A DNA stretch of 62,969 nt, counting the filler. It is 9 parts of 9 records of this genome, joined end to end, with 100 filler letters (N's around TTAATTAATTAA, not from the genome) between each part and the next. Parts side by side here need not be neighbours in the genome. Positions count along the whole stretch, not along the records: positions 49,706 to 56,823 come from SRR31147125_26292; positions 56,924 to 62,969 come from SRR31147125_26400; 7 more parts are not named here. One strand, 5' to 3'. Below, in pieces: positions 50,411-62,054 of this stretch. A model generated the notes under the pieces. It was not told the origin of the DNA, ran no database searches, and saw only the letters and a program-made list of their open reading frames with translations. The translations under genes were made by a program, and so were the position numbers. Position 1 is the stretch's first letter. Each line of letters starts with the position of its first letter.

Positions 50411-51861
50411 TTAGAAGATAGCATAATTTACCGAAGCAGAAGTGTAGAACTGAAATGTTTTATCGTAATAGGAATTATCTCCTAAATACCAATTCTGTTC
50501 TATTTGGGTATTTAATGACAATCTTAAGCGGGGCGAAAAATAATAATAAAGACTTCCCCTTATGGAAGCTCTTATATATTCGTAATCGTAATTGGAATAA
50601 TTGTAATCATGAACTTTGTAATTTCTATTCGAATAAGAAACAGAGCCATTGATATAGGCAAAGGTTCGTGTATTTAAATCCCAATTTAACTGATAGCTGG
50701 AAATAATATTATAACTTTTATCCAGTGAAGTCACTGTATAATCGTAATTATCAGAGAACCGGTAATCAATAATGTCAGAATACGATGCCGAAAGCGTAAG
50801 ATAACGCTGCAACTTTAAGCCAATTGGTTTATCCGATTCCAACATAATGTTTGCCCCTAATTTTTCATATTTTATTGAATTTTTAAGTTCATCTTCAATA
50901 AACCCATTTTCGTATGAGTCATAATCGCGTTCAAAATCTTGTGTATAATCATAGTTCATTCCTCCTTGTACATTAAAACTAATTCGTGTTCCTGCACTTC
51001 GCGTTTGCCCACCATACATCCACATATCAGTTAACGACATAAAATAAATGGCATCCTGATTATCAATCACATTAGCCTCAATAAGAAGCGAATCAATACT
51101 TTGTATCTCGTACATCCGTCGCAAACGAGAATCGAAAAAACGTTTATTTTTTACTTGCGATATTTTAGTCGCCAGTTCCATTATTTCGTTCTCAGAAAGC
51201 ACTCGGTTAAGCCGATTTTTTTCGCCAGTTCTTCTACAATATAAATTGCATGCCTTACATCGCCAACAGGTTCTATTCTTCCATAACCAAAGCCTAAAGA
51301 GATTTCCGGGTTAACAACAACCTCTCTATCGAAAGATTTTACCTCAACGAAAGGATAAGCCATATTTCCATTTACTTCATATGGTGCATATGTACTTTCT
51401 TTAAAATCTGTCAATTTGCTGTATTCTCGTTCATACGAAAATGCCAAATCAGGCCGGACATGTAAAAACCATTTATCTTCTTTTAGGTAGAAATAGTTAT
51501 CGGAGTCAAAATTCAGATCTAAGTCAACCGTGCCATTTCGGTAAGGTTCATCCTGATAATTATCTAATTTCTCAGTTTCAAATAAGGTTCTGGTATTTAT
51601 CTTATAATCTTTTTGTGCTTTATGCGAGTTAAAGAAATAATTGTATTCAGTAGCTAAATTCTGATTGAATTCAGATATCGACGCATCATCCGCATCATCG
51701 AAAGTATTGGAAGAGTAATTATTGTTTAATCCAAATCTAAAATCCAACTCATGTCGCTTAATTTCAGGCAATTTGTATTTCGACAAATCGAAATTTTCGT
51801 ACTGGGCAAAAGAAAAAAGACTGATAAATAACAAGACTGTTAAAGGAAAAAACTTTTTCAT
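50411..51861 (-). CDS. hypothetical outer-membrane beta-barrel protein (apparent frameshift at 51216-51222)
   Basis: Signal peptide ending FA-Q, G.GRIEPV.D motif, alternating beta-strand pattern, C-terminal YAIF. Confidence 0.65.
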
Positions 51862-52016
51862 AGTTTTGGTTCTTAATAAACAAATGATTGCAAACACCAT
51901 GCCAATTAAACAAAATATAAATGTTATGAAACAGCGCCAGTAAAATCGTCTGTGTTTAATCTTTTTAAAAAGTTTAAAAAGATTATTACTTTAGAGCCCA
52001 CTAAAAAAAAATAATT

Positions 52017-53126
52017 ATGACAACTAAACCTTTACGCACCGAACCACAAAAAAGATTACAATCGTTAGATGCACTTCGCGGATTCGATATGTTCTGGATT
52101 ACAGGCGGTGGAGCGCTTTCAATCGCCCTTTCGAAGATAACAGGTATTGAGTGGATGGAAACGCAAATGCACCACGTTAAGTGGGAAGGTTTTAGGTTTG
52201 AAGACCTGATATTTCCCTTGTTTATGTTTATTGCCGGGGTGGCCATTCCTTTTTCGGTAAAAGCTAAAATCGAAAAAAATGTTCCGAAGAAAAAAATGTT
52301 TTGGAAAGTTTTTAAACGAATATGCATTTTAATTGTATTAGGAATTTTATACAACGGTACTTTTCAGAATGGTTTTACCAATGGGCGAATTGCCAGCGTA
52401 CTCGGACAAATTGGTATTGGCTACTTTTTTGCTTCGCTAATTGTAATTTATTTCGATTCGTTTAAAAGCCGTATTTATTGGTTAGCCGGAATTCTTTTAG
52501 GATTTGGAATAATTCAATTGCTAATTCCGGTGCCGGGCGTTGGAGCCGGTGTTTTAACTCCCGAAGGATGTATAAACGGATACATCGACCAAATTCTTTT
52601 ACCGGGACGCTTATACGGAGGCACTTTCGATCCTGAAGGAATTATATGCAGTCTTTCGGCAACAGGAATTACGCTTATGGGAACAATAGCAGGGAACATC
52701 CTTCGGAAAAGACAAACTACCGATTGGCAAAAAATTGGTTATATGGCAGCAACCGGAGTAGGCTTAATTATTTTGGCACTGGCCTGTTCAACCTTCTACC
52801 CCATTATAAAAAGCTGTTGGACATCGACATTTAACATGTTAACCGGTGGTATTAGTTTCCTGTTAATGGCATTATTTTATTTAATTATCGACCACTGGAG
52901 AATTAGCAAATGGGCTTTTTATTTCAAAGTAATTGGAATGAATTCAATTTTTGTTTACCTGTTTACCCGAATAATAGATGTGCAATATTTAACCAAATTT
53001 TTCTTTGGCTGGATAATTACACCCCTGGGCGAGAATGGCACTTTACTGTTTACAATACTTGGCCTGGCAGTTATTTGGAGCCTGCTTTACTATATGTACA
53101 AAAAGAAAATCTTCCTTCGCGTTTAA
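52017..53126 (+). CDS. DUF5009 / heparan-alpha-glucosaminide N-acetyltransferase-like membrane protein
   Basis: RLQSLDALRGFDM, H..WEG..EDLIFP.F.F, DPEG, PIIK.CWT, KKIFLRV. Confidence 0.88.
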   Translation: MTTKPLRTEPQKRLQSLDALRGFDMFWITGGGALSIALSKITGIEWMETQMHHVKWEGFRFEDLIFPLFMFIAGVAIPFSVKAKIEKNVPKKKMFWKVFKRICILIVLGILYNGTFQNGFTNGRIASVLGQIGIGYFFASLIVIYFDSFKSRIYWLAGILLGFGIIQLLIPVPGVGAGVLTPEGCINGYIDQILLPGRLYGGTFDPEGIICSLSATGITLMGTIAGNILRKRQTTDWQKIGYMAATGVGLIILALACSTFYPIIKSCWTSTFNMLTGGISFLLMALFYLIIDHWRISKWAFYFKVIGMNSIFVYLFTRIIDVQYLTKFFFGWIITPLGENGTLLFTILGLAVIWSLLYYMYKKKIFLRV

Positions 53127-56100
53127 TTTCTACTGCCCGAAAACTGATGCTTAATTGAACTCAGCAAAATATTTCTGTCTACCGGTTTTGTAATATAATC
53201 GTTACATCCTGCATTTAAGGCTTGGGTATTATCGTTTGCAAAAGCAAAGGCAGTTTGTGCAATAATTATTACATCGCTGTTAAATTCCCTTATTTTATTG
53301 GTGGCTTCCAAACCATCCATAACCGGCATTTTTATGTCCATTAAAACCAAATCAATATCCGGATTACTACGCACAATTTCAACAGCTTCGCGCCCATTAC
53401 TTGCTACTAATATTTCCGAGGCGATGGGATTTAAAACCAGTTCGAGGAATAAAACCGATGTGTAGTCATCTTCGGCAACCAGCACCTTTAACAACTGTGG
53501 TTCTTTGTTTGCTACATCAGCAACAATATTGTCTGTAGCGTCTTTTTTATCAGTAACCTCGCCTGTTGGAAAACTAATTTGAAATGTAGTTCCTACCCCC
53601 GGCTCAGAAACTAGAGTAAGTTTACCATTAAGCATCTCGGTATACGATTTTGTAATGGCAAGCCCTAAGCCCGAACCTTCGTAAACCTTAGATTTAGCCA
53701 TTTCGGCCTGAACAAATCGGTCGAACACGGCTTCTTGTTTTTCTTTTGGAATACCAACACCGGTATCCGAAACAAAAAAGCCAATGCTCTTTTCGTAAAA
53801 GGTATAACCAAACCGAACTTCTCCTTTGTGGGTAAATTTTATTGCATTTTTTAAGAGGTTTGTTAATATCGAATTCAGTTTATCTAAATCGGTATTAATA
53901 ACATGAAATTTTGTAGCCTTATCTTCCTCTAAGATTAACTTCAAACCTTTTTTCTGGGCTTCTAACAAAAAGAATTGATATAATTCGTTACAAACTTTGC
54001 GTACATCAACCTCCTTTTTATCTACCACTGCCAGCCCCGACTCAATCTTCGAAATATCTATTAAATCGTTAATTGTCGACAGCATTCGGTTTCCACTCTT
54101 CTGAATAATATCTACAAATTGTTCTTGTTCTTCTCCCGAAAGAGTTGGTTCTTTTAATAGTTCTGTAAATCCTAAAATACCATTCATCGGGGTTCGAATT
54201 TCGTGGCTCATGTTAGCCAGAAATGCCGATTTTAACCTGTCACTTTCTTCAGCTCTATCTTTTGCATTTTTTAATTCTTCGAAGTTTTCTACCAAACGTT
54301 CGTTTTTGAGTTCCAGCTCATAGTTAATCCTCAAAATTTCCTTTTCGGCTTTAATTTTCTCGTTAATATCCCGTGTCGTTCCTTGAAGTCCAAACAGTTT
54401 ACCTTCCTTGTCGAGCATTGGCTTTCCATTTATTTCAACAGGCACCAAATTATTTTCTTTATTTATCAACCATATTGTAAAGGTTATATGTCCAAAGGTT
54501 TTATATTGTTTTAGCATTCGTAACGACAACCGAGCTGTTTTAATAAAGTCTTTTCTTCGCATATGCTCATGCAACGATGTATTTATCCATTCTTCAGGCT
54601 CGAAACCTAAAAGTTCTTTTAAAGATGGACTTATATACATAAATTTCAAACGTCTATCCATTTGCCAGATACAATCGATTGAGTTGTCGGCAATAAAACG
54701 GAATTTCTCTTCGCTGGCTCTTGTATTATTTTTCTCCTTGGTAAGTAGTTCATTTTTCTGAAGCAATTCTTCTTCAAAATTTTGCAGTTCTTTAATGAGT
54801 TGCCTCATTCTTGCATCGTCGTTTACCTGTTGAGTGATATTTGTAATAAAACCAAGATAATGAGTAGGATTAATTTTAACAGCATTTATCTGAAAGACTC
54901 TTTTTTGCTGCTTATTTGTAACAAAGTTAATAGCTCCACTCATAGGATTTCCTGTTTTAACCAATTTCTGAAATGCCAATTTCACTCTGGCTAAATCTTC
55001 TTCTAAAACAAAGTCTGTAAACTTACTTTTCCCAATCAATTCACTTCGCCTGTATGCAGTTAACTCTTCACAGGCAATATTAGCGTCAATTATTAATCCT
55101 TCTTCGTTTGCTACAAATATTCCGTACGGTGCATTTTGTAGGTAACCTCTTAATTTTTCTTCACTTTCTTTCAATTCCATCTCGGCATTTTTTCGAGAAG
55201 TAATATCAAGTAAAGAAGCAACGCGTAGCATACTATCGGCAATTAACGCGATATTCAGCATCACATGTACTGTTTGCCCGTTTTTATGAAGTAGTCTTAT
55301 TTCATAGAGATTCAGAGCCTCCTTCGATCTATTATTTCGCAGGCGATGCTGCTCCAACATTCTTTCCAAATCGTCGGGATGCGCCATTTCCATCCATATT
55401 ATTCCCCTTGCTATATCATCTTTATCATATCCCAGTACTTCCTTCATTTCTGCATTAGCCATAAGAATTTTCCCGGTCTCATCCATTATTAAGCTGGTGT
55501 TTCCATTATTTTCAAATATTGACCGGAACTTTCGCTCGCTCTCCATTAATTCTTGTTCCGCTTTTTTTCGTTCTGTTATATCGCGGGCAAGAGCAAATAT
55601 TAAAGACTTACCATCAACCTCAAAAATCCGTGAACTTATCTCAACCGGAAATTGACTACCATCCTTTTTAATATGGATCGTTTCAAATACCATTCGTTTC
55701 TTTTCCAGAAATTCTTTTCTTCCTTTCGCGTTTGTCTGTTTTTCATGATTGACAGTGATGTTTGCGGCCGACAAATTCAAAAATTCGCTCTTGGTGTATC
55801 CATATCTTTGGCAGGCTATGTCGTTAACCTCAATAAAATTATGAACTCCTTCGCTTTTAAATGAATGTACAAACGCCGCATCATTTAAACTATTAAACAA
55901 TGCTTTATATTTTGCTTCCGATTTCTTAATAACAACTTGATAAGCTTTCTGGCTGGTAATATCTTGAATTATGCCCGAGACTTCGTTGGATGAAACATCA
56001 TATTCTGCAATAATGTGTATGTCAACTAATTTACCTGTACCCGGGTTTTGAATTTTATACTCGTAATCGAATTCAGCTTCGCTTTTCACCAGTTTTCGAA

Positions 56101-56823
56101 GTGACTTTAAGAATAATTCTTGATATTCAGGCAAACAAATATTACTAAAGCTATCGATATTTAGTCTCTCACCATCAGTAAATCCACAAATCTCGCTGGC
56201 TTGTTCGGAGCAAGTAAGCTTTCCCGTATTAAAATTAACTGCCCATGTTCCAAGTTTGCCAATTTTATGCGCTCTTTGTAATTCATTGTGGGTTTTATTT
56301 AATTCTATTTCTGATTGCTTTTTCTCGCTTAAATCGGTAATAAATCCTTCAAGCATTTTCTCCTTTTTGTGGTCAACAAAACGTCCTTTTTCCCAAACCC
56401 ATTTCTGTTTTCCATCTTTTGTAACAACGCGGTATTCTATTTCAAACTGGGACGTTTTTTCTATAGCTTTCTGAATACTATCCCAAACCATTTCCCTGTC
56501 GTCCGGATAAATTATATCGTTGTAACACAGTTTATCATTACCAACAAGCTCTTCTGGCTTGTACCCGAGCAAACTGACACATCCTTCACTAAGAAGTGTC
56601 ATATCCCAATTCCGGTTATTATGGCAGGTATAAATTACACCCGGTAAATTACCAACCAGTGTCTTATATTTTCTCTCTCCTTCATCAATAAGTTGCTGCA
56701 TTTCCTCCCGTTCAGTAACATCTCGTATAGCTACAATACGTACAGTTTCGTCGTTAAATTTCACATCCTTCCCCTCTATCTCGGCCACAAACTTACTTCC
56801 ATCTTTCTTCGCTCCAGTAACCA
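53123..56823 (-). CDS. multi-PAS hybrid sensor histidine kinase/response regulator (5'-truncated)
   Basis: Several PAS/PAC repeats; FLANMSHEIRTPMNG; NAIKFT, DTGVG, GSGLGL; receiver LMDIKMP..KP. Confidence 0.95.
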
Positions 56824-56923
56824 NNNNNNNNNNNNNNNNNNNNNNNNNNNNNNNNNNNNNNNNNNNNTTAATTAATTAANNNNNNNNNNNNNNNNNNNNN
56901 NNNNNNNNNNNNNNNNNNNNNNN
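56824..56923. other. artificial contig spacer
   Basis: N-run, TTAATTAATTAA, N-run. Confidence 0.99.
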
Positions 56924-57457
56924 AAAAAACAAGGTTTTGTTTGCTCAGTACTGCGATTGGTGGTTAGAAGAAATTGCTGTTTTACCAGAAAAAGAATATA
57001 CCTTTATAGTGAAAGTGGAAGGCATTCGATGGATTCTATGCTGTCTCCAACTATGGTTGCTTTTGCTTATATGTATCTTGAATATAAAGACATGACAGGG
57101 AATGAGATGACAGTTAATAACTGCTATAGATCTGGCGATGTGCAATGGGATAAATACAGCAAAGGATATGGCGAAGAAAAAGTTATGGAGTGGAGCGGGA
57201 AGTGGCACAAAGAACGACAGCTAGTTTCTTATGTTCCAGGCTATTCAAATCACCAGCTTGCTGCGTCAATCGATTTTGAACCTGCACAGTACGCTTTTCT
57301 TAGATCGGAAGAATATAAATATTTAGAAAAAAATGCATCAAAATATGGTGTCTATAATTATGCATTAGAGCCATGGCATTGGACATATTTAGGTAAGTTG
57401 ATCGATGAAACAACAATTGAATCGGTACCGCTTGCTACACCTTTGCCAGAGGAATAG
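56924..57457 (+). CDS. M15B D-Ala-D-Ala carboxypeptidase-family protein (5'-truncated)
   Basis: YRS...Q, PGYSNHQ...IDF, EPWHW. Confidence 0.8.
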   Translation, partial: KKQGFVCSVLRLVVRRNCCFTRKRIYLYSESGRHSMDSMLSPTMVAFAYMYLEYKDMTGNEMTVNNCYRSGDVQWDKYSKGYGEEKVMEWSGKWHKERQLVSYVPGYSNHQLAASIDFEPAQYAFLRSEEYKYLEKNASKYGVYNYALEPWHWTYLGKLIDETTIESVPLATPLPEE

Positions 57458-57459
57458 AT

Positions 57460-58923
57460 ATGAATAAACTCGCAATATTAATTGCTTTGTGTATTATTGT
57501 TATTTGTTTTGTTTCCTGTGCTAGTATTCATGATAATGCAGGCACTATAAGTGAAGTGGGAAATACAGATAATGATGCTATAGAGCGCGAAGAAGAGTCT
57601 TTAGAACTTGAAGAGAAGATACAAGAAGTACAATTCGGTGAATATAAAATATTTGGGTGTCATACAGCGATATTATCATTTGTAATAGACAGCAGTATTG
57701 GCGTGGACTATGAATATATTAAAGTTATTGTAAAAGATGGACAAAGCTTAGAAGAAATAGAAGTGATAGCTGAGCTATTTGAAGATGTTTATTATGCAAG
57801 ATTAGAAGAACTTAAGGAAGATTCGTATTATGATGTTTATATAAGCACTGTAAATAAAAATAATGTAGTTGAACTAGAAACTGACTTCAGTTTTTTCACA
57901 CCTAAACGAAGCATTAGTTTGAATGATTTACAGCCTAAAATTGATCAAGAGATAAAAGATTATAAACGTACGGATGAAAATGATGTTTTATTACAAACAC
58001 AAGCTTGCCTTTCACTTTTAGGCTTTGAAGTCGGTAAATTTGGTAGATTTAATGATATTGCTCAAGCAAATCTATGTACGTTTGAGTATAGCGTTAATAA
58101 ACTAAATGATTATGTCTATTATAAAAATATTATAGCGCATCCAAATGAAAAATCACTTAGTATTTTAAAAGATATTCTTTCAACAAAAGAAAATATTAAT
58201 AAAGATGACATATTACAAGACTTTGTAACAAGTAGTTTTCCGCTTTCTGAGTATGCAATACTCGATGAAGAAGGTGGTAAGCTTGATATTGAGAGCTACA
58301 TTATCGATCAGTTGGATAGTAGTAACGAGTTTTTGGATATATATACTAATTATCCATTTGAAATAGAAACACAACAGTTTAAAGATAAGTATTCAGAGTA
58401 TTTTTCTGATGGGAAGATTGACAGTCAATATGAGCAGAAATTAAAACAATACTCAGCAAAAAATAAAGCATTGTTTTCATATTATGCTCAGGATATTTTA
58501 AGAGAATTTGCTAAACCACATCAAAGAACAATTGATTTTTATGATGGCGATAAAAGTGTCACTGTAGATACAATGATAGCGTATTCTTATATGTTTATTG
58601 ATGCGCTCCAAAAAACAGGCTTGCACTTTGAAATAAGTACAGCTTACAGAGACTTTGATTTTCAATGGCTCTTATATAGTCAAAAATCTGGCATGTCAGT
58701 AGCGCAAAAGAGAAATGGCGATTGGCATTTTACAAGACAAAAATTATCCTTTGTACCAGGGTTTTCGAACCATCAGTACGGTGTATCAATCGACTTTCAC
58801 GAAAGAAATACTTTTGGTCAAACCAAACTTTATAAATATCTATTAGAAAATGCAGATAGATATGGTTTTTATAATTATTATCGAGAGCCATGGCATTGGT
58901 CGTATCTTGGTAAACTTTCTTAA
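57460..58923 (+). CDS. lipoprotein with C-terminal M15B peptidase domain
   Basis: Lipobox FVSC; STAYR...Q, PGFSNHQYGVSID, YGF..EPWHW. Confidence 0.82.
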   Translation: MNKLAILIALCIIVICFVSCASIHDNAGTISEVGNTDNDAIEREEESLELEEKIQEVQFGEYKIFGCHTAILSFVIDSSIGVDYEYIKVIVKDGQSLEEIEVIAELFEDVYYARLEELKEDSYYDVYISTVNKNNVVELETDFSFFTPKRSISLNDLQPKIDQEIKDYKRTDENDVLLQTQACLSLLGFEVGKFGRFNDIAQANLCTFEYSVNKLNDYVYYKNIIAHPNEKSLSILKDILSTKENINKDDILQDFVTSSFPLSEYAILDEEGGKLDIESYIIDQLDSSNEFLDIYTNYPFEIETQQFKDKYSEYFSDGKIDSQYEQKLKQYSAKNKALFSYYAQDILREFAKPHQRTIDFYDGDKSVTVDTMIAYSYMFIDALQKTGLHFEISTAYRDFDFQWLLYSQKSGMSVAQKRNGDWHFTRQKLSFVPGFSNHQYGVSIDFHERNTFGQTKLYKYLLENADRYGFYNYYREPWHWSYLGKLS

Positions 58924-58971
58924 ATATATTTAATATAAAATAATCATTTTTAAAAAAATATAAAAAAGTAC

Positions 58972-58999
58972 TTGCAAATATTTTTTATTGTGCTATAAT
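58972..58999 (+). promoter_or_regulatory. sigmaA promoter of rubrerythrin gene
   Basis: TTGCAA-16 nt-TATAAT with TG extension. Confidence 0.7.
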
Positions 59000-59010
59000 T
59001 TATTTAGAAA

Positions 59011-59025
59011 TTGTAATTATTATAA
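59011..59025. promoter_or_regulatory. PerR box
   Basis: TTGTAATTATTATAA, one mismatch to TTATAATNATTATAA, between promoter and RBS. Confidence 0.7.
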
Positions 59026-59063
59026 AAATGATAATCAATAAAATATTTAAGGAGATCAAATTA

Positions 59064-59600
59064 ATGGATAAGTATGTATGTGGAGTATGTGGTTATGTAG
59101 CAGAAGGTTCAGCACCAGATGAGTGTCCTCAATGTAAAGCAACTAAAGACAAGTTTTCTAAAGTTGAAGATGGTGAAAGAGTTTGGGCAGCAGAACATGA
59201 AATTGGTGTAGCAAAAGGATTGGATGAAATAGTTGTTAAAGGTCTTAACGACAACTTTGTTGGAGAATGTACTGAAGTTGGTATGTATCTTGCTATGAGC
59301 AGACAAGCAGACAGAGAAGGGTATCCTGAAATTGCTGAAGCTTATAAGAGAATTGCTTTTGAAGAAGCAGAGCATGCTTCAAAATTTGCTGAGCTTTTGG
59401 GTGATTTAGTATTTGATACTAAGAAAAATCTTGAGCTAAGAAGCGAAGCAGAGTATGGTGCTACAGCTGGTAAAATGGAAATTGCTAAAAGAGCTAAAGA
59501 ACTTGGTTATGATGCTATTCATGATACTGTACATGAAATGGCTAAAGATGAAGCAAGACATGGTAAAGCTTTCTTTGGTCTATTAAAAAGATACTTCTAG
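59064..59600 (+). CDS. rbr3: reverse rubrerythrin (NADH peroxidase)
   Basis: N-terminal CGVCGY..CPQC rubredoxin, [36 protein letters not shown]. Confidence 0.92.
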   Translation: MDKYVCGVCGYVAEGSAPDECPQCKATKDKFSKVEDGERVWAAEHEIGVAKGLDEIVVKGLNDNFVGECTEVGMYLAMSRQADREGYPEIAEAYKRIAFEEAEHASKFAELLGDLVFDTKKNLELRSEAEYGATAGKMEIAKRAKELGYDAIHDTVHEMAKDEARHGKAFFGLLKRYF

Positions 59601-59621
59601 TTAAACGTAAACATAATACCA

Positions 59622-59659
59622 AAAACAGCCTTAGTACAATGAGTACCTAAGGCTGTTTT
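59622..59659. terminator. bidirectional intrinsic terminator
   Basis: AAAACAGCCTTAG...CTAAGGCTGTTTT between convergent rubrerythrin and nadC. Confidence 0.88.
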
Positions 59660-59671
59660 GCTTTTATTGCT

Positions 59672-60505
59672 TTATTTAAATTTCAAACTAATATCTAAAG
59701 CTTTAACAGAATGGGTTAGTGCGCCAATAGAAATGATATCAACTCCAGTTTTAGCAACAGACTCTAAATCTTTTTCGCCCATATTACCAGAGGCTTCTAA
59801 AATTGTTCTTCCTGCGTTTATTTCAACTGCTTTTGTCATTGTTTCGTTATCCATGTTATCTAACATAATGATATCTGCACCAGCGTCAATAGCTTCTAAC
59901 ATTTGATCGATCGACTCAACTTCAACTTCGATTTTAAGTGTATGCGGTGCATTTTCTTTTGCACCTTTAACAGCATTAGTGATGCTTCCAGCCGCTTTAA
60001 TGTGATTATCCTTAATCAATACGCCGTCGGCTAAGTTGAATCTGTGATTATAGCCACCACCAGTTTTAACTGCATATTTTTCAAATACTCTTAAGCCTGG
60101 TGTGGTTTTTCTTGTATCAACTATTTTTGCTTTATAGCCAGAAACTTGATCCATAGCGGCTTTAGCATTTGTAGCTATACCAGACATCCTTTGCATAAGA
60201 TTAAGTGCTAATCTTTCTGATGTCAGTATCGAAATAGCTTCTCCTTTAACTATACCAATGATGTCGCCTTTTTCAACCTTTTCTCCGTCTTTGAATTTTA
60301 AATCCAACTTTATACTAGAGTCAGAATAAGCGAAAACGGCTTTTGCAACTTCCATGCCACAAAGGATCCCAGATTCTTTTGCAATAAAATTACCTGTTAT
60401 TTTTGTACCTTTTGGAATAGTTGATAGGGTAGTGATATCACCAGTACCAACATCCTCAGCAAAGCATCTTTTTATAAAATCATTCATTATATCTCTATCA
60501 ATCAT
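59672..60505 (-). CDS. nadC: nicotinate-nucleotide pyrophosphorylase (carboxylating)
   Basis: ED...GDITT, DTRKTTPG, NHR, IKDNH, EVEVE, MLDN, EASG, GALTHS. Confidence 0.97.
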   Translation of the reverse strand: MIDRDIMNDFIKRCFAEDVGTGDITTLSTIPKGTKITGNFIAKESGILCGMEVAKAVFAYSDSSIKLDLKFKDGEKVEKGDIIGIVKGEAISILTSERLALNLMQRMSGIATNAKAAMDQVSGYKAKIVDTRKTTPGLRVFEKYAVKTGGGYNHRFNLADGVLIKDNHIKAAGSITNAVKGAKENAPHTLKIEVEVESIDQMLEAIDAGADIIMLDNMDNETMTKAVEINAGRTILEASGNMGEKDLESVAKTGVDIISIGALTHSVKALDISLKFK

Positions 60506-62052
60506 TTTATGCTATCCTCCCTATAATGTGCGCCTATAGATATTTTTCTTTTTAATGCCGCTTTAAAAATTGATTTTGCTACAACATACATGTTTTTAAG
60601 CTCTAAAGCCTCAACGCTATCTTGCTTCATGTTTTTAATAGGTTTAGATAATGCATTCAGCTTTTCTAAGCCTATTTTCATATATTTTTCGGATCTTATA
60701 ATGCCACAGTACTTTATCATAATTCCTTTAATTTTAATTTTTAAAGCATCAATATCTACATCTGATTTACCTTTTTTTACTGAGATATTGATATCGGGTA
60801 CATCGCCAGTTTCATTATTAAAGTTTGCATTAACAGCAGTTGCACTCCTTCTTCCAAATACAAGACATTCCAAAGTAGAGTTACTTGCAAGCCTATTAGC
60901 CCCATGAACTCCAGTACAAGCAGCTTCGCCACATGCATAAAGACCTTTTACATTTGTAAAGCCCCAAAGGTCAGTTTTTATACCGCCCATAAGGTAGTGT
61001 TGTACAGGACCAACTGGTATAGGTTGCTTTGAAATATCAACACCGTATTTTAAACAAGTATTAAAAATGGTAGGAAACCTTTTTTCCAAGTATTCTCTGC
61101 CTTTAAAACTGATGTCCAATTTTACATATGGACTTGCTTGGTTTTCAATCTCGCTATAGTTTTCTTTAGCAACAATATCTCTCGGTGCAAGCTCAGCTCT
61201 TTCGTGTCTTCCTACCATATATCTTTCATTATTATCGTTATATAAAAGTCCGCCTTCGCCTCTTACAGCTTCCGAGATTAAAAAACATTGGTTGTTTCTG
61301 CTTTGCTCACTATAAAAACCAGTAGGGTGAAACTGAATAAACTCCATATTTTTAAGTTTAGCACCAGCACGTTTTGCCATAGCAATGCCATCTCCAGTAG
61401 CTACGCTTGGGTTAGTAGTATAACGGTATATTTGACCAATACCACCAGCAGCAATTATGATATGATTGGTTTTGAAAAAATGGTAACCTTCATCATTTAG
61501 TGCAACAAGACCACAAACTGCATCATCTTCGTCAGTAATAACATCTACGGCAAAAAAATCACTTTCAACAGAAATGTTTTCCTTTTGACTAACAAGTTTT
61601 GAAAGTATTCTTATTATTTCTTTTCCAGTGGCATCCCCACCACTATGAAGTATTCTACGTTTACCGTGACCACCTTCTAGTGTTACTTTTAATTTTCCGC
61701 TTTTGTCCATGTCAAAGTTTATACCAAGTTCTATTAATTTATTAATATCCCAAGGGCCTTCTTCGACAATAGTATGAACTGCATCTTCATCATTCATGTT
61801 ACTGCCAGCTTTCATTGTATCTTTAAAGTGATACTCAAATTTATCGTCGCTTTCAATAACCACTGCTATACCGCCCTGAGCAAGTGAAGAAGAACTTGTT
61901 TTTGGATGTTCTTTTGAAAAAACAATACAAGAATTATCACTATCTATATTATAAGCAGCATAAAGCCCAGCTATTCCGCTTCCTATAATAGCAACATCTA
62001 CTTCGTGCTTGTGAAAAGTGGAGATATCACCATTAAAAATATATCTTCTCAT
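60502..62052 (-). CDS. nadB: L-aspartate oxidase
   Basis: GSGIAGL, AQGGIA, EGGH, QFHPT, SEAVRGEG, HYLMGG, HGANRLASNS. Confidence 0.96.
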   Translation of the reverse strand: MRRYIFNGDISTFHKHEVDVAIIGSGIAGLYAAYNIDSDNSCIVFSKEHPKTSSSSLAQGGIAVVIESDDKFEYHFKDTMKAGSNMNDEDAVHTIVEEGPWDINKLIELGINFDMDKSGKLKVTLEGGHGKRRILHSGGDATGKEIIRILSKLVSQKENISVESDFFAVDVITDEDDAVCGLVALNDEGYHFFKTNHIIIAAGGIGQIYRYTTNPSVATGDGIAMAKRAGAKLKNMEFIQFHPTGFYSEQSRNNQCFLISEAVRGEGGLLYNDNNERYMVGRHERAELAPRDIVAKENYSEIENQASPYVKLDISFKGREYLEKRFPTIFNTCLKYGVDISKQPIPVGPVQHYLMGGIKTDLWGFTNVKGLYACGEAACTGVHGANRLASNSTLECLVFGRRSATAVNANFNNETGDVPDINISVKKGKSDVDIDALKIKIKGIMIKYCGIIRSEKYMKIGLEKLNALSKPIKNMKQDSVEALELKNMYVVAKSIFKAALKRKISIGAHYREDSIK

Positions 62053-62054
62053 TA

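Noticed and set aside
11396-56923. Eight repeated N/TTAATTAATTAA/N blocks and ORFs containing X that run into them
   Set aside because: Artificial linkers between contigs, not biological repeats or real C-termini
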